Of a stretch of 64,000 nt of DNA, positions 26,201 to 39,710 are shown one piece after another (the first letter of the stretch is position 1; the number at the start of each line of letters is the position of its first letter). The notes below the pieces were generated by a model. It had not been told where the DNA came from, did not search any database, and worked only from the letters and a program-made list of their open reading frames with translations. The translations under genes were made by a program, and so were the position numbers. Source of the DNA: Chrysomallon squamiferum (lineage: Eukaryota > Animalia > Mollusca); the NCBI GenBank assembly GCA_012295275.1, contig CM022674.1:9362001-9426000 (forward strand), read 5' to 3'.

Positions 26201-29200
26201 TTTCTATGATTTTTATGGGTACTACTTTTCTCCCTTTATAGTACTATTTAAAATTAAATGTTACATCTTTAAAATTAAAATCAGAATGTAAAGGATATAA
26301 CACTTGGAGTGTTAACAATTTTCACAAATTTGTTTACTACAAAGATATTGGGCTGTATTCATGTATGTAGCTGTTAGCTATGTAGGTACAGATATTTAGT
26401 CAAATGAACTTATTAAGTGTGATTCAGAGTCATATGTAAATGTTTATAACTTATTCATTCTGTGTCAGTTAATCTTTAAAATGTTGGTCTTTTTCTGTCT
26501 TCTATAAAGGGTCATTACTATGCATGGTTGAAAGCAGTTTTTAATTTATTAGTATCCAACCCAAACATACATCCACATCTTTCCTTTCATCTTTCATTTT
26601 ATTTTTGTCTTCATCTAGTTGTTGTTTAAATTCATCTTTTGTAATAAGTCTGTGATCAATTGCTCTGTAACAAAATTCATATCTGGATCTGGATACTAAA
26701 GGTCTTTGAGAAAACTGTATGATTGTTTTTTTTGGTTCTTGTCCTTGATTAATTTCTGATTGCTTTGGTCTGCCTTCTTTTTTATTTTTCCTCAGTGTAT
26801 TAACTCCTTTTACCATTTTTTCGAAACTAGTGTCACTTGAAAGATGCTTAGAAATTTTCTGGCCAAAAATGATAAAAATTTAAATGGCTATTAAATAACT
26901 ATTCCAGAACATTTTCAGGTTACAGTGAAATGTGTATACATATGAAGCTTGAGGTTTGGACTTACATCTTGTTTTTCTGGTATCAATGAGTCACCAAACA
27001 ATATTAAAATTGTTTAGTTCAATATCAAGTTTCTAGAAATATATTTTAAATCCGAGTCTGATATATATCATTAAAAATGAATTTAATATAACATTCTTTG
27101 ATAATGAAATGTCAGCAAAAGAGTGACCAAAGTCACCATAAAATTGCAAAAAAACACCATATGATAATACTGGCCAGCCTGTTTGTTTGACATAAAGATG
27201 AAATGTAAGTGAAATAATCCCTGCAATGTAACTGTTACTCAGTTTACAATGGTGTATAACCAAAAACACTATATAATGGTACCTTGACTTACAAGTTTAA
27301 TGCTTTCTGTGACCGAACTCTTATCTTAATTTACTTGTATATCAAATCAGTTTTCCCAACTGAAATTAATTGAAATACCATTAATCTGTTCCAGCCCCGT
27401 GAAAAACACATCTTTTTTTCTTTTTTGTAACATGTTTTTAAATAAGAAAAATGTATTTACAAATGACAAATATTGTATAAAAACAAAATAAAAGAGAATG
27501 TAAAGAAATAAATTGGTTCCACTTCTTTTCCTCACTGTCCTTTGCACTCACTTTCTTAGGATCCATGGCCAGAAAAAAGAAATTTGGCAAAATACTGCAC
27601 AAAACACTAGCACAATACAACAGAAATGCTTCTGCAGCGAGGTAACCACATGAAGTAAACGTGGGAAGCTGGCTCGATGTTATGTTGTTTGTTGCATCAA
27701 CTAGCGGCAGCATATCTGAAGCTCACTTGCAACTCAAAGCAAAAAATTGACCACTGGGGCACTTGTTAGTCAAGATACCACTTTACTTACTATATAGTAT
27801 AGGTGATCATTGAAAGCAAAGTTTGAAAGTACTCCAAACATGCTTACTTAAATATATGTATCATCTTTAACAAATTGTGTACAATCAATAAACTGTAATT
27901 CAGGAGTGAATGGTGATAAATATAAGTTCTAGAAATGTGTGAATAAATGATACAAATATTTAAAAAAAAAAATTAAAAATGTTTTATTTTTTTATTTATT
28001 TTTTATTTTATTTATTTTAGAGTTAGTTAAATAGTTTTAATGATTTAATATTTTTACAAAGGAAAATAATTATATTTCTTGGAAGAATTATGATTTTTTA
28101 TTATATTTATTTGCAGTTAATAATTCCTTGAAAGAAACTGGAGGATTTCATTCATTAATGGTTGTTTTTCTTACACATTAATTTGTTTAATAAGTAATTT
28201 ATTTTTACCTGTTATTGTTTTAATATTATTACATATTGTTTATTTTTATTTTATTGTATATTATTGATTTGTTATTATTATTTTATATATTATGTTTAAT
28301 TTTTAATAGAATATAGTGGATGTAATGTTTGTTAAAGGAACACTTCAGGCTCAGAGGTTTCTTACAGTTGTTGATATGAAACATCCACAGTTTACAGAAT
28401 CTCTCTCCCGTCAACTGTTTCTTCGCATTTGGAATAAGGTACAGATCAAAAATTCTGAAATGAGTACATTCAGTATTAATTACACATTTCTTAATTAATG
28501 TTCGTAATAGAAAAAATAAAATAAAAATTCCTCTGTCTTCATCAGAGAGAAATGAAATATGGGTGTATGTGGTCTTTTTGGTTAATCAGAGCAGGAAAAA
28601 GTTTACAATGATAAAAACACAAATATTTCTTTTTTGTCGAGCATCTATGTTTTAGATGCATCACTATAAATTACTTGAAGGTTTGGAATATGGCTAAGTG
28701 TTTCTAGCTTCACTTAACTGTTATCTTACAAAGAGCAAATTATCATCACATTATCATATAAACTTTATACCGATGTTTTTTTGTATACTGTTAATATCAG
28801 GAGTTTATTTGTATTAATTCAGGATGAAGATGTATCAAAAGAAGAAAGTTTCAGAAAAGTTTGTATCTGTTTAAAATATATTGTTATTTATATTAGCTAT
28901 ATTTATCTAAAATTTCAGATTTCAACAATGTTAAAATGCAAAACCAATATTTCTTCATAAACAGTCATATAATATTTTTTAAATAGCATGTAGCAAAAAA
29001 TGTCAAATTACATCTAAAAGGAATCAAACTTATTTATATTTACAGTACTGAATAAAAAAAATGTTCAGTTATATACTGCATATGTATATTATTTTTATAG
29101 GCTGGCCATGCAGCTGGTATTAGTGATGCTATCATAAATGATTCTCTGAATCACATCAAAGACCAGAATGTCAAAGACAGGCTTAAACAATATACACAGG

Positions 29201-32200
29201 AGGCTCTTGATAATGGGGTAAGAAAACTGTATAAGCAGATCTATGTGTGTATGAATAAAGCTCTAACCCTGTCTACACAGTATATCATACTTCTGTGATA
29301 AGTATCAAATTTAATTTAAGTGATGCCAATCTTAAAATTTATTTTAAAAGTTGTAACCAAAACAGGGTTAATGACTCCAGCTAGATAATGTAATAAGTAA
29401 ATATGTGCAGCCAAACATAATAAAATCTTAAGTCTTCCAAGAAATATATTTAATTTTGTTTGTAACATGTTTGGAATATTTTTGCCATTTAGAAAAATGC
29501 ATGAACATGTATACTTCACATATATTTTCAACTGATATTTGTGTATAAAATAGTGTCACAATAGTGAAAAAAAAAATGAAAACACAGACTGGATTTTTAT
29601 TTTTTATTTTATTTATTTTTAATCCTATGGTAATACAAAACACCATAGCTGTAGTAATAAATATATACAGTGAAATCCTTCAAAACCAGAAGGTTTGGGA
29701 CCAAGAAAAAGGTCCAGTTTTGAGAGGTACCAGGTTTACAGAGATTTCTGTCTCAAGGTAAACCATTTGTTAGTTTGTGTCCTTTATGACAGAGTAACCA
29801 ATAAAACTGGCAATCAGTTCTGGACAAACCATAAGTTTTAATGATTTATAGAAAGATTTTGAATATATCCAGTATTCACAGTAAGATAATTAAATTAAAT
29901 TTATTATCAAACAGTGCAAAGATAAAAAAAGAAAATATAAACAATAACATAAAAGGTTAAAACAAATTTGGTAATCATGAAATGTACCTGAAGGCTATTT
30001 CAGTTAACTTTATAAACAATCAAGCTCAGAAGTAAGGGAGTACATGTGCTATGAGGGATTTCGTTTTATATGTATATATATTGCTTTTCAGCTGGTCTGA
30101 ATTCAGTGTCATAAATAAATTAAATCATTTGAGCATTATAATAAAAAAAACATTTACAAATTCATTTAAATTATTTACCTCAAAATATGTTACTGTGATA
30201 CTTTCTATTTGGATAATTAAATTTACTAGCACAATTTGTTGATATTTACATAGGCTATAGTGAAATAAAGATTTTAGATCACAATATTTTCTTATATTTT
30301 CCAAATAAAATATTGTAAAATATGCTTTGAAACTTGAGACCATGACATCATTTTTATTTTAAAGTAGAAGTAAAAAAAGTTGAAATATATTACTGACTGG
30401 CCTCTCAGATGTTTGCAGTATAAAATGTATGGATACAATAGAATAGGAATTGTATATGTAATGAAATGACATTATGCTTTAATAGACTTATAGAAAAATG
30501 TTTTAATAATAAAAGAATGAAATTATGATAGTACTTGTCAAACGTAGGTCAGATTTACAAGCCATAACAGATATGTTTTGTTGTATAATTACTTCAAAAT
30601 TATTTTTCCTCTCCTGCACCCCTGCAATTTCTGTTGCCTAACCTTATTTATTTACTCATTGAGAAAATGCATTTTCATTTATCTGTCTATTTATTATCTC
30701 TTTAAAAGGAGAAGTCTAATTGAAAGCAACAGTCAGTTTTAAATTATAATTTAAGAAGAGTTAGTATCAAAAAAACAGAATTATCAATTCTGTTGTAAAC
30801 CACGATGGCAAAACAACCAGTATTGTTCATATTTCATTCTTGGGTTTTTGTCTGCTCATATATAAAAATTGCAGTATGAAAGAGTGATAATTAATATTTA
30901 ATAATATGTAACAAATATTATAGTTTGTACTGCAACTAAAGATATGATTTAAATAATATATTAAATCTTGTTTTCATGTTACAGGCTTTTGGATCTCCAA
31001 CAATAGTAGTTCATATCAATGGGAGAAAAGAAATGTTTTTTGGTTCAGACAGATTTTCAGTATTAGCTATGATTCTGGGTAAGTTTGAACAATTGATTAT
31101 ATTGGTAATTACTAAATAGCTCTGTAAACTGGAGTGGGAAATAGCTCAGTGGTACAGCATCCATTTAAAGTGCAGTGGATCTTCAGATCATTCTTAATGG
31201 ACCCATTCAGCTATTTCTGTTTCTAGCCTGTTTGGTATCAAACACCAAAGTATCAAATATTATTCTAATGGGATGAGTACTTTCGAACATATATAGCCTT
31301 TCACAAATTTTATATTTTTAAACTGATATCTCAGCAAACAGTGGTCATAATCTTCATAAGGTTTGTATTGCTGGAAATAGAATTCCACAAAATCTGCAGT
31401 TACATTTTGGGATGGACCACTATACATAATCTTTATAAGTGAAAGCAGTATATACTCAAAATATGGCTGCCTGAGACCAAAATAAGGTAAATTCCTATTT
31501 ATGATTTCAACAAATAAATGTTTTGTCAGTAGTGCAATCTTTCTGAATTTGTATTGAAATTCTGAATGACTGAATTTATGAGTGTCTAAGCAAAAGTTGC
31601 TGTAAAAAAGTAAATGTATTTTATTCTAACCCTCTGAGCTTGACTTTTTGCCATCTGAAAACATGTAAAATAGGTTTCATTATTAGTCATTGCTCAAGTT
31701 TAATGGGCATGGAATGGATTATTTTCAATCAGAATAACAAAAGCAATTATTTATCAGCATATAAATCTCAATATGTCCTTTTGAAATAAATGACTGAGTA
31801 ATAATGATAAGCCTTACTTCCTATATGTGCATTGACATTGTTCTCCATATATATGCTATACTATTTATACTATTTTGAATTCAGTGGATCTTACAAAGTG
31901 CAATACATTCTTCTAGGTTAACTGCCGTTTGCTCAGAGGTATTACACAACTACTTGCACAGGGTTTGTCCTCTGAGTCTAGCTTAAAAGTGTTGCCAGTC
32001 TTTACCATGTTACAATAACAACAGAATGAAGATTTCTGAATGGATTTTATTGGTTCAGCATTGCATTGTATGAAGTATAATTGTTTAAACAGTCCATTAT
32101 CTGGTACTGCCATAAGTATTTATACTTTGAATATTGCAGGATGTTCCATGAAACAGGTATTTCACAACATGCATCCAGTATGTTTTTACAATGTATTAAA

Positions 32201-32605
32201 CATACACAAGTTTCCATATTTATAAAGAATATTATATCTGTTGATACTAATATTCTGGGCTGTAATTCTGACTAAAGATCATTCAAGATAATATGATGCC
32301 AAAGGTCAAATTCATCATTGAAAGATATGAACATAAACATAATTGCAGATTAAAAATTCTCTTTGCAGCAATACATTACCACTGATTGCTGGGATATCAG
32401 GGACGAAGGACTGCCTATTTTGACAAAAAGAAATGTCAGTTTTGAAGGTGAAATTCAATATACATATATATTTTAACATTTTCAGTTAATAACATAAAAT
32501 ATCCAGTTACTAACTGATTTTAAAGAATCATTACATTGCATTATTATAATTATTTCAGGTGTTGAATGGAAAGGTCCTCTACCTCAAGGAAAAGGAAAAC
32601 TGTGA
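17280..32605 (+). CDS. GSTK1: Glutathione S-transferase kappa 1. Exons 17280-17348, 18226-18313, 23701-23801, 28310-28438, 28823-28858, 29101-29217, 30985-31078, 32559-32605 (226 aa)
   Basis: Eight in-phase GT-AG exons: [28 protein letters not shown] (catalytic Ser motif SPYS) ... GAFGSPTIVVH ... MFFGSDRF ... WKGPLPQGKGKL*. The C-terminal GKL resembles a PTS1. Confidence 0.95.
18590..20588. mobile_element. Foldback-type non-autonomous DNA transposon with about 845-bp TIRs (Sola2-like)
   Basis: 18590-~19435 is the reverse complement of ~19733-20588, with a few SNPs and one subterminal indel seen. Termini are GGGTCATTCC...GGAATGACCC, with a 4-bp direct TSD TTAT on both sides. GRG...CYC termini, a 4-bp TSD and long TIRs fit Sola2; the family call is inference. 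Confidence 0.85.
20723..23597 (-). mobile_element. Full-length decayed hAT transposon (Buster/Charlie/SPIN, GTF2IRD2-like)
   Basis: TIRs CAGTGGTGGCAAAACT / AGCTTTGCTACCACTG. 8-bp TSD CTGTAGGC / TTGTAGGC with central TA. Confidence 0.92.
20931..22813 (-). pseudogene. Frameshifted hAT transposase
   Basis: ORF pieces 22270-22614, 21256-22038 and 21028-21210 carry KPFKEGEFLKNC, ISRNTV, FHCNVHQDALC, VQWLSRGKVL, LNVKLQ and LTIFSSTY, typical of Buster-family transposases, broken by frameshifts. Confidence 0.9.
24330..24845 (+). mobile_element. Degenerate non-LTR retrotransposon (LINE) ORF2 fragment
   Basis: ORF 24612-24842, LFNIISDTGIIPTGWMEGNIVTIYEKKGSQLDPRNYQPITLLSYLVKLF, matches the start of the LINE RT domain (W...I..I.KKG...P.NYRPISLL). 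Confidence 0.85.
25230..25977 (+). mobile_element. MULE/Mutator transposase remnant with right TIR remnant
   Basis: ORF 25462-25845 has the WYMDGIF, VITDYELAIIKA and HGCLYH motifs of the MULE domain. The end GTTTTGACTGTTACC (about 25962-25976) complements repeated GTCAAAAC motifs at 23906-23980, so the element may span about 23900-25977 with the LINE nested inside. Confidence 0.75.
27274..27783 (-). mobile_element. Tc1/mariner pogo/Tigger-derived non-autonomous element, copy 1 (internally deleted)
   Basis: Degenerate CAGTGGTACC-type TIRs flanked by TA. Homologous to the copies at 41966 and 46234. Confidence 0.8.
31134..31275 (+). mobile_element. tRNA-derived SINE 5' fragment (degenerate)
   Basis: GTGGGAATAGCTCAGTGGTACAGC is an A-box-like tRNA head, followed by a decayed B-box region and no cloverleaf. 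Located in GSTK1 intron 7. Confidence 0.55.
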
Positions 32606-33290
32606 CAATAAATGAACAAGTTTATATGCTTTAATCAATTTAGTATGATTTTTCTGTCTTAGCTGTTTTATTTTTTGATTCATACATATCTGAATTATAT
32701 AAAAAGAAAAATGTTCATGAAAAAAATATTCTGGCACAACTGTCAGATAGATACATTTGTTTTTTGTTGTTTACCTTATTTACATAATATTAGTAAAATA
32801 TGAATTCACAATCATATTAAAAGCAATAAAGATACTGGAATTATTATTTGTGACACTGAATTTAGGTGATTATAATTTTTTAAGTGTTTATTTACATTTT
32901 AGACATAACTAAGGTTTCAAATTACATGCACATTTTATAATCAAAAATAATTTAATATAAATTGATTAAGTAATGATGGTTATATATAAAAGATGTGTAT
33001 ATGTATGGGTAGGTGAATTAGACTTTGAAACTGAAATGGATTAGAATTGAAGTGTTCACTGAATACTAGTTATTTGTTAAAATGTTATTATTCTTATTTG
33101 TTGTTAACACTGTTTTGCAAGAAACCAATAATATGGAGCTATAAAAATATATTTAGGTTATTTGAACTTTCTAACAAAGGTAATAAGTAACATGAACTGG
33201 TGTACAGTTTTTCAAAATTGGTTTCAGCAAAAGCATTTGAAAGGGAAATAAAAAAGAGTAGAACACAAGTTTTTGGCAAGTTTGAAAGTT

Positions 33291-34538
33291 TTAATAAAAA
33301 AATATTTTGAACAGTAATCCTTTTTTGTCATACAACCCAGTTTTCCTGTACAGATTTCTTCTACTGCGTGCCTTTCTACGTCTTTTCTTTTTTTTATGTT
33401 TTACTGATTTAAAAAGAAGGCAAAATATATTTTATATTTTTTGCACAAAAAGCACTAGTTATTTGAAAGTATACATTAACAGAAACAAAATCTTATGTTT
33501 AAAATCATTTATACATATTTAACATAAATCCAAAATTTCTACAATTGATTATATTGATAGTTAATGTCAAAATAATAATAACAACAATACTGTCAAAAGG
33601 ATACAGTTATAGTTTGTTTATAAAGCACCAGCTTATGGATTTGGAGATAGTAACGTCTATCTTTATTTTTATTTTATTTATCAATTTTTTTTATTTTTTT
33701 ATTTTATAAACGTTATTACTAAGTAACAAAATTAAATGATCTACTTAAATAAACTATAGAAAAGGAATATGCAGAGAACAGTCTTATTTATGAGAGGAAA
33801 TTGGCTAATTTAAAACAAACCTGTAACCTCTCCAGATAATTTTCTTTGTTCTATAACCATTTCAATATCCCAATTTGTAAGGTTGATTAAATCTCGCATT
33901 TGTTGGATCTAAGAAGTAAGACTATTTAGAAAAACTGGAGGACAGACAAATTAATATTTGTGCAAACACATATATAAAAATAATAATGAAATAGTGAATA
34001 TTACAAAATTAGCATGTATATGTAATATTTTATATAAATTATTCTCATCATCATGAAAATGAAAAACTTTTATAAACTTAAAATTCTGCTTTATATACCT
34101 CAGTTATATTAAATCGATTTTTCATTTATACCTTACTTACTTTTTTTTATTGCGAATCATTTCATCTTTAAAAGTATTTAATATTTCTCCCATTTTTTTA
34201 TGCTTTCCTTTTAACTAGACTCACCGTTTGGTAGAACTCTTTGACACAGATACACAGGTTTTGAATGTATTTTCTTTGAATGGCAACAGCACTAGGAACA
34301 GATCTGTTAGACTTATGTTCTGAAAATAATAAATGAAAAAAGATTTAATTTCTTATGAATAATTGTCAGCAGGTGTCATCTAATTTGTTTTTCTATAATA
34401 ATGACAGAGACAAATTTGCTGAGATCACTGAGTGAATACTGTTAGCTAGGAGGAAAGAAGAATCTTTAATATGCACTTCTCGTGAAAGAAAAGCACACAT
34501 GCACAGTCATATACACAAACATATGCAAATGTGCACTG

Positions 34539-34603
<65 letters not shown>

Positions 34604-35884
34604 CATGTGGAAAATGAAATAGCCTAAATGAGATCAGTGACATTGTTAAAATAAATGAATATTTTAAAGGTTTTTTTTATCATTCTGGTAAATTTATTTT
34701 TTTAGTTTGTTATACTAAATTATTTGGTCTTTCTAAAATTTCTCTAAATTGAACAAACCTCTCGAAGACTTGGATGGTTTCTGTGTCAGTTTGTGATTTG
34801 AAGCTCTTTTCAGAAGATCTCGTATTATTGCATCTGTCTTCAAACACAACTCTTTTCGCTGTTCAATAAATTGTAAATATTAATCCTGCCCCTAATATAA
34901 AAATATAAAAATACAGGAGTTTCGATGTATTTTGTTGGTTGTTTTCTTGCATTTTTTTTCTTCTTGTGTTTTTATTTCCATGTATTATTTTATTTTATTT
35001 TACTTTACTTTTTATTTATTTATTTTAAAAAAAGAAAGAAAAAGAAGATTTTTTTTTTCATGTTTACAGCTGTTTACTTTAAATATTTGATATATACATA
35101 TCTGACACATAAATAAAATTACCATCTGTAAAGCCAGCACCCACAGTTTAGAAATCTGTTTGATGTTTTCTTCTATTCTAATAGTGCGAAGCCTGTCCAG
35201 TCTTCTGAATTCAGACATGGCCTGCTAATTTAAAATTACTATCATTAATCTGATAGACTTCTTGATGTTTTGGGGTTGTTTTGTTTTTTAATAATATAAT
35301 TATATAATACAATATTGTTGTTGTTTTCAGACTTTGATGGTTAATTTCTAGGGTAATACAGTTATTTCTTAATTGTATTCTAAACAACAGGCATATTAGA
35401 GTACATGTTGTGGCTAAAAACAATTAGTTAAACTATATCTTTTTCTTCCTAATCATTGTTTGATTGTTAAATCTAATCATGGCGGTATATTAAAGAGGAG
35501 ACTGCATTATAAACTAGATTTTCAGCTGTAACGTCACTGCTTATTTTTCTTTTTTGTTTTGTTTTTCTTTTTTTGGACATAAATCTTAATAACACAATAT
35601 TATAATGACTCTTTATTCCAATTACCTTGTTATCTCGTACTATTTAATCGTAAATAATAAGAAGAAGAATTAAAAATGTCCTTAAGACAAAATGAAAGAA
35701 AGCTGAAAGTAATACTACTATGACGTCATTATTTTTATCCTAATTTGTAATCGTTAAATACCGATGTTTTCCGTGCGATGTCCGTAATGCAATTCGTTGT
35801 TTTTCGATTGTAAAGTTGAAATTTCAGAAAGAAAAACAGCAAGAACCACAAAAATGTAATTTAGGATATAAAAACGGTTAGTAC
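33291..35884 (-). CDS. Unidentified spliced gene, 3' part. Exons 35884-35762, 35639-35626 (14-nt microexon), 35221-35123, 34858-34759, 34319-34225, 33908-33821, 33403-33291
   Basis: Seven consecutive AG/GT-bounded exons join in compatible phases without stops: ...FYILNYIFVVLAVFLSEIS...AMSEFRRLDRLRTIRIEENIKQISKLWVLALQMRKELC...IQQMRDLINLTNWDIEMVIEQRK...KHKKKKRRRKARSRR...KIFFY*. Start codon not located. Confidence 0.65.
34541..34600. repeat. (AC)n microsatellite
   Basis: Perfect dinucleotide run. Confidence 0.95.
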
Positions 35885-36266
35885 CTTTAAAATTAAAGTC
35901 TATGAGGATGACCACATACTCTGTTTTATTGCCTGGCGTTCGAAAGAAATTACGAGATGTTCAATATTGGTATTGTCTATTTTGTTTAACAACTCTGTGT
36001 ATTTGTAATTATGGACAACAGCTTCTAGACGTTCACATAACCACACGCACAAGGAAGTGGCTTTAATTTATGAATTATGCTAACGTTTATTTCTGTGCTT
36101 GTCTAATTGTCTTATGATCTGTGAAAAAAGCATAGCTTTCAGCTGCTTGCAAAATAATAATAATTTAACATTGTAAATGTTGACCGAGAAAAAATCATTT
36201 TATAAAATTATATATATATAAAATTTATTTAGAATGTTTGTTTTAAATATCAGTTCGTTTTGAAAA

Positions 36267-36268
<2 letters not shown>

Positions 36269-36309
<41 letters not shown>
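36269..36309. repeat. (GT)n microsatellite
   Basis: Perfect dinucleotide run. Confidence 0.95.
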
Positions 36310-36312
<3 letters not shown>

Positions 36313-39168
36313 TCATCCTCTTTGATCAACCAAGATAATAATTTCTAGAAAACTTTCAATGAAATCAATATTTGTATTTTCTAACATAGTAGTTATGCTT
36401 TAAATGGGTTACTCTATTTACCTATTTATATCATAATAAACTAAAAACTTTGCTGAGATCACTGATAATACTCAAACTAACAAACTAATAATGTGTTATG
36501 TATTTTTGTTTTTATTTTTGTTATTGTTCGGTAGTAAATAATCATTATTTATCTTTTTAATCGTGTTAGCTTTTTTGTCATTTATGATCTATAAAACACA
36601 GAAGCTGATGTTAATGCAACGCCTATATGAGTGGTGAAACATTTTATTATAAATATTTTAAAGTTTTGTTACATTACGAAATCTACTCGAAAATGTCTAA
36701 AGCTGAGAGTTTATAAATAACTGGTTTCTTCCTTTGAAATATAATTTGAATCTATTTTGTTCTTAAAATCCCTCAGCTGTATCCCGTTTCCTTTGGGTAT
36801 CTTGATGATGAAGTTAATAATCTGAAAGATCTATTTCTTCAGAACCGATACATTGTTAAACCTCGATGTTCCTCCAGTAAGGGTTGCTTTGCATGTATCT
36901 AGCTATGACCGTGCGCCCTAGGAAATAAAACAAAATTTTAAAACACAATTATTAAAGATGATCTCCATTCGTTATTTTTATGTTTCTTATTGAGCTAATA
37001 CTTTAATTTGCATATATTCTGGTAAAAGTACGCTTAATGTTTTAAAATGTGTTCTCTATGAATAAATGATATAAGTTACAGTAGATGAACCTTTTTTAAT
37101 AGGTTGTATTCCAATTACATTGTACTGAAATTCTTGCTATTAAATTGTTTTTGAGTACTGACATCTGACCCAATTTAGACTGTACACCCGCTTTGAATAC
37201 GTGTAATACCATCGTCTTCTCCTCTTTGGCGGCCATCTTTTATTCGGGTCTTTATGATCTGGCGTTACGTAGGCTCTGAAATGATACTTAATATATAAGG
37301 TTTTCATTTGTTCATGGAATTAATAAAATAAAAAAAACCCCACAAATATTGCAAAGTGAAAAACATTCAACGAAATATGACGATGACTAATTAATTATCC
37401 AGCTCCACGGAAGATCACAATCAGCAAAATCATCACTATTGCCACTATTATTAATTATTATCAAACATCTTGGATAAGTGTTATATAAACCAGTTACGAT
37501 AATTAGCACAATTCTGTAAAACCAGACGGGATTAATTGATACAATATATAGTTGAAATAATTTATACACCAACCTCTTCAGATGTTTTTAATTTCCATTT
37601 ATATTTGCTGAAAACGCTTTACATGGCTGTTTTTTCTTACTTTTTAATGTTATTACTTTTATTATTACTAATTCCACTATAACAACTACTACTATTACAG
37701 CTGCTGCAATTACTACTGTTACTACAACCACCACCATCACCAACATTAACTGCTATTACCATCATTAACAACAACTGTTACTTCTGCTGTCACTACACTA
37801 TTATCATTTTATTATTATTATTTATTTTTTAAACGACATTGTGAAACACTACTACTGTTACTACTACTATCACAGCGTTATTACTATTAGTAATATATTA
37901 TCGTCATCATTATACTTTTTATTTATTTAAAACGACCTTGTGAAATAATTATATTATATTCTTTTACCAGTAAAAAAGGCCTTTAAAAAATTCCGTTAAT
38001 CAAAAACAACGTTTTAATCTCTCTTCTTAGGATTACTTCATTAACTTTTTTAAAAAGTGGTAAATGATTTGAAAATATTACATAATTATTCAACAATTTA
38101 CAACACTAAAAAGACCATTATTATCTCCAGTTTTTTGCTGTATGGTAATTTAGTTACTGCTAAAATCTGTATGCCGCTGAACTCATAATATTCAATTCAA
38201 CTAGATTCCGATACGGGATTTTTAATATATTTGATTTTTTAATTTTTTAATTTTATGAATTCTGAACTTAAACCTTTACTCATCATAATACGTACCTGTT
38301 AAATAACGAAATAATTTAAATACATTGTCTGTACGTCAATTTTACTGTTACGTATGCGTCTGGCGGCTAATCTGATAATAAAACTTAAGACTATTTAAGT
38401 GGATGCTGCGAGTAAAATAGCTATAACATTTATTAGTGCATTTATAAAATTTAAGAAACCAGCTGTTGGCTACACTTATTTTAGCATTTTAATCAAACAA
38501 ATTGCTACACCGATATATACAAATAAACTGAAGATCGATTGTCAACTGTAGCGATGAAGGTCATATCAGGTGATGACAGTTGTTCCACGCATACTTCTAA
38601 TTATCACAAAATAACGATAAAGTCTTCAAATGGCCTCCTAACAGTTCATGTTCCTTGCAGCAGGAACATTCTACATCCGTTCTTGGTTTTTATTTTCCTT
38701 TTTGTTTTTGGTCTTTTTCATTTTTTTCATTTTTTTTCTTTTTCTTTTTTCTTATGTCTATATAAAATTAAACAACCATGCTATGACGTGACAGCTATAG
38801 CCCCAAAGGGCTTAACGGCGCCTTTGTTGTATGCAAGATAGTACATTTTTTTTTTCTTTTCTTTGTTCTTTTTAATTTATTTTTGCTTCCTTTTAAAAAG
38901 GAGAAGAAGAAGAAATAAAAAATATTATTTTGCAACTTTATTAACTGATTGGCCACCAGATACAAATGCAGCAGTAAAATGCAACTTAGGACAATGTATT
39001 TAACTCATTGTTTCATTTTCCCACAGGGTACACCTTAAGAGGTTTTAACCTGAAAGTTCTGTACATATCATACATTATTAAGTTCAGTAGATAAATGGAA
39101 TCGGTTTATGAAGTTAAGTTTGCCCAGTCCAAAGATATATTTATTATGTATTTTAGGATTAATCTTAC

Positions 39169-39667
39169 ACAAAGTATACAAAGTTTCTTCCATCGTTCGC
39201 TGCGAACCATGTTGCAGTAATGTTCGGCTGGGGGTTGTCTGGGTCGGCTGATTTAGCGCCACTACTGAAAAGCCATGCACTGGATGGACAGTAGACTGGG
39301 GCAGACATGTTCAATTTTCCAATCCAGTGACCGGATGTAGGAGAGTCCATGAATCCCGGATGTGCGTCAGTTGTAGGCACATACAGAAACATGTCTGCAA
39401 CTTCACTGATAGAACTACTAACATTTTTTGGTTTTACTGTAACTGAAATATATTACTTGAAATATATTAAAGAAAATATTATTTAATTTAGATCATTTAC
39501 ATGCACGCATTTCAAGTGTATAAAGTATTTTATTTTTATTTTCTTATTATTTATTTATTTTTGTTTTAAAGCGTAAAACTTATTTTGAAATATTTTTATT
39601 TTTTTTCTATATATAGTTATTTATTTACTTTTTGTAAAACCTGTCTATAATCTATCTCTCTGCCTGT

Positions 39668-39710
<43 letters not shown>

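Noticed and set aside
31134-31200. tRNA gene
   Set aside because: Only an A-box-like head, with no T-arm or acceptor stem; treated as a SINE relic.
31270-32450. Coding-like sequence in GSTK1 intron 7
   Set aside because: Stops in all frames. Part of it resembles the foldback arms, so it is probably an old transposon remnant.
36700-38400. Additional exons linking the two parts of the unknown minus-strand gene
   Set aside because: Several AG/GT-bounded candidates exist (about 37574-37607, 37210-37275, 36862-36917), but I could not chain them in consistent phase.
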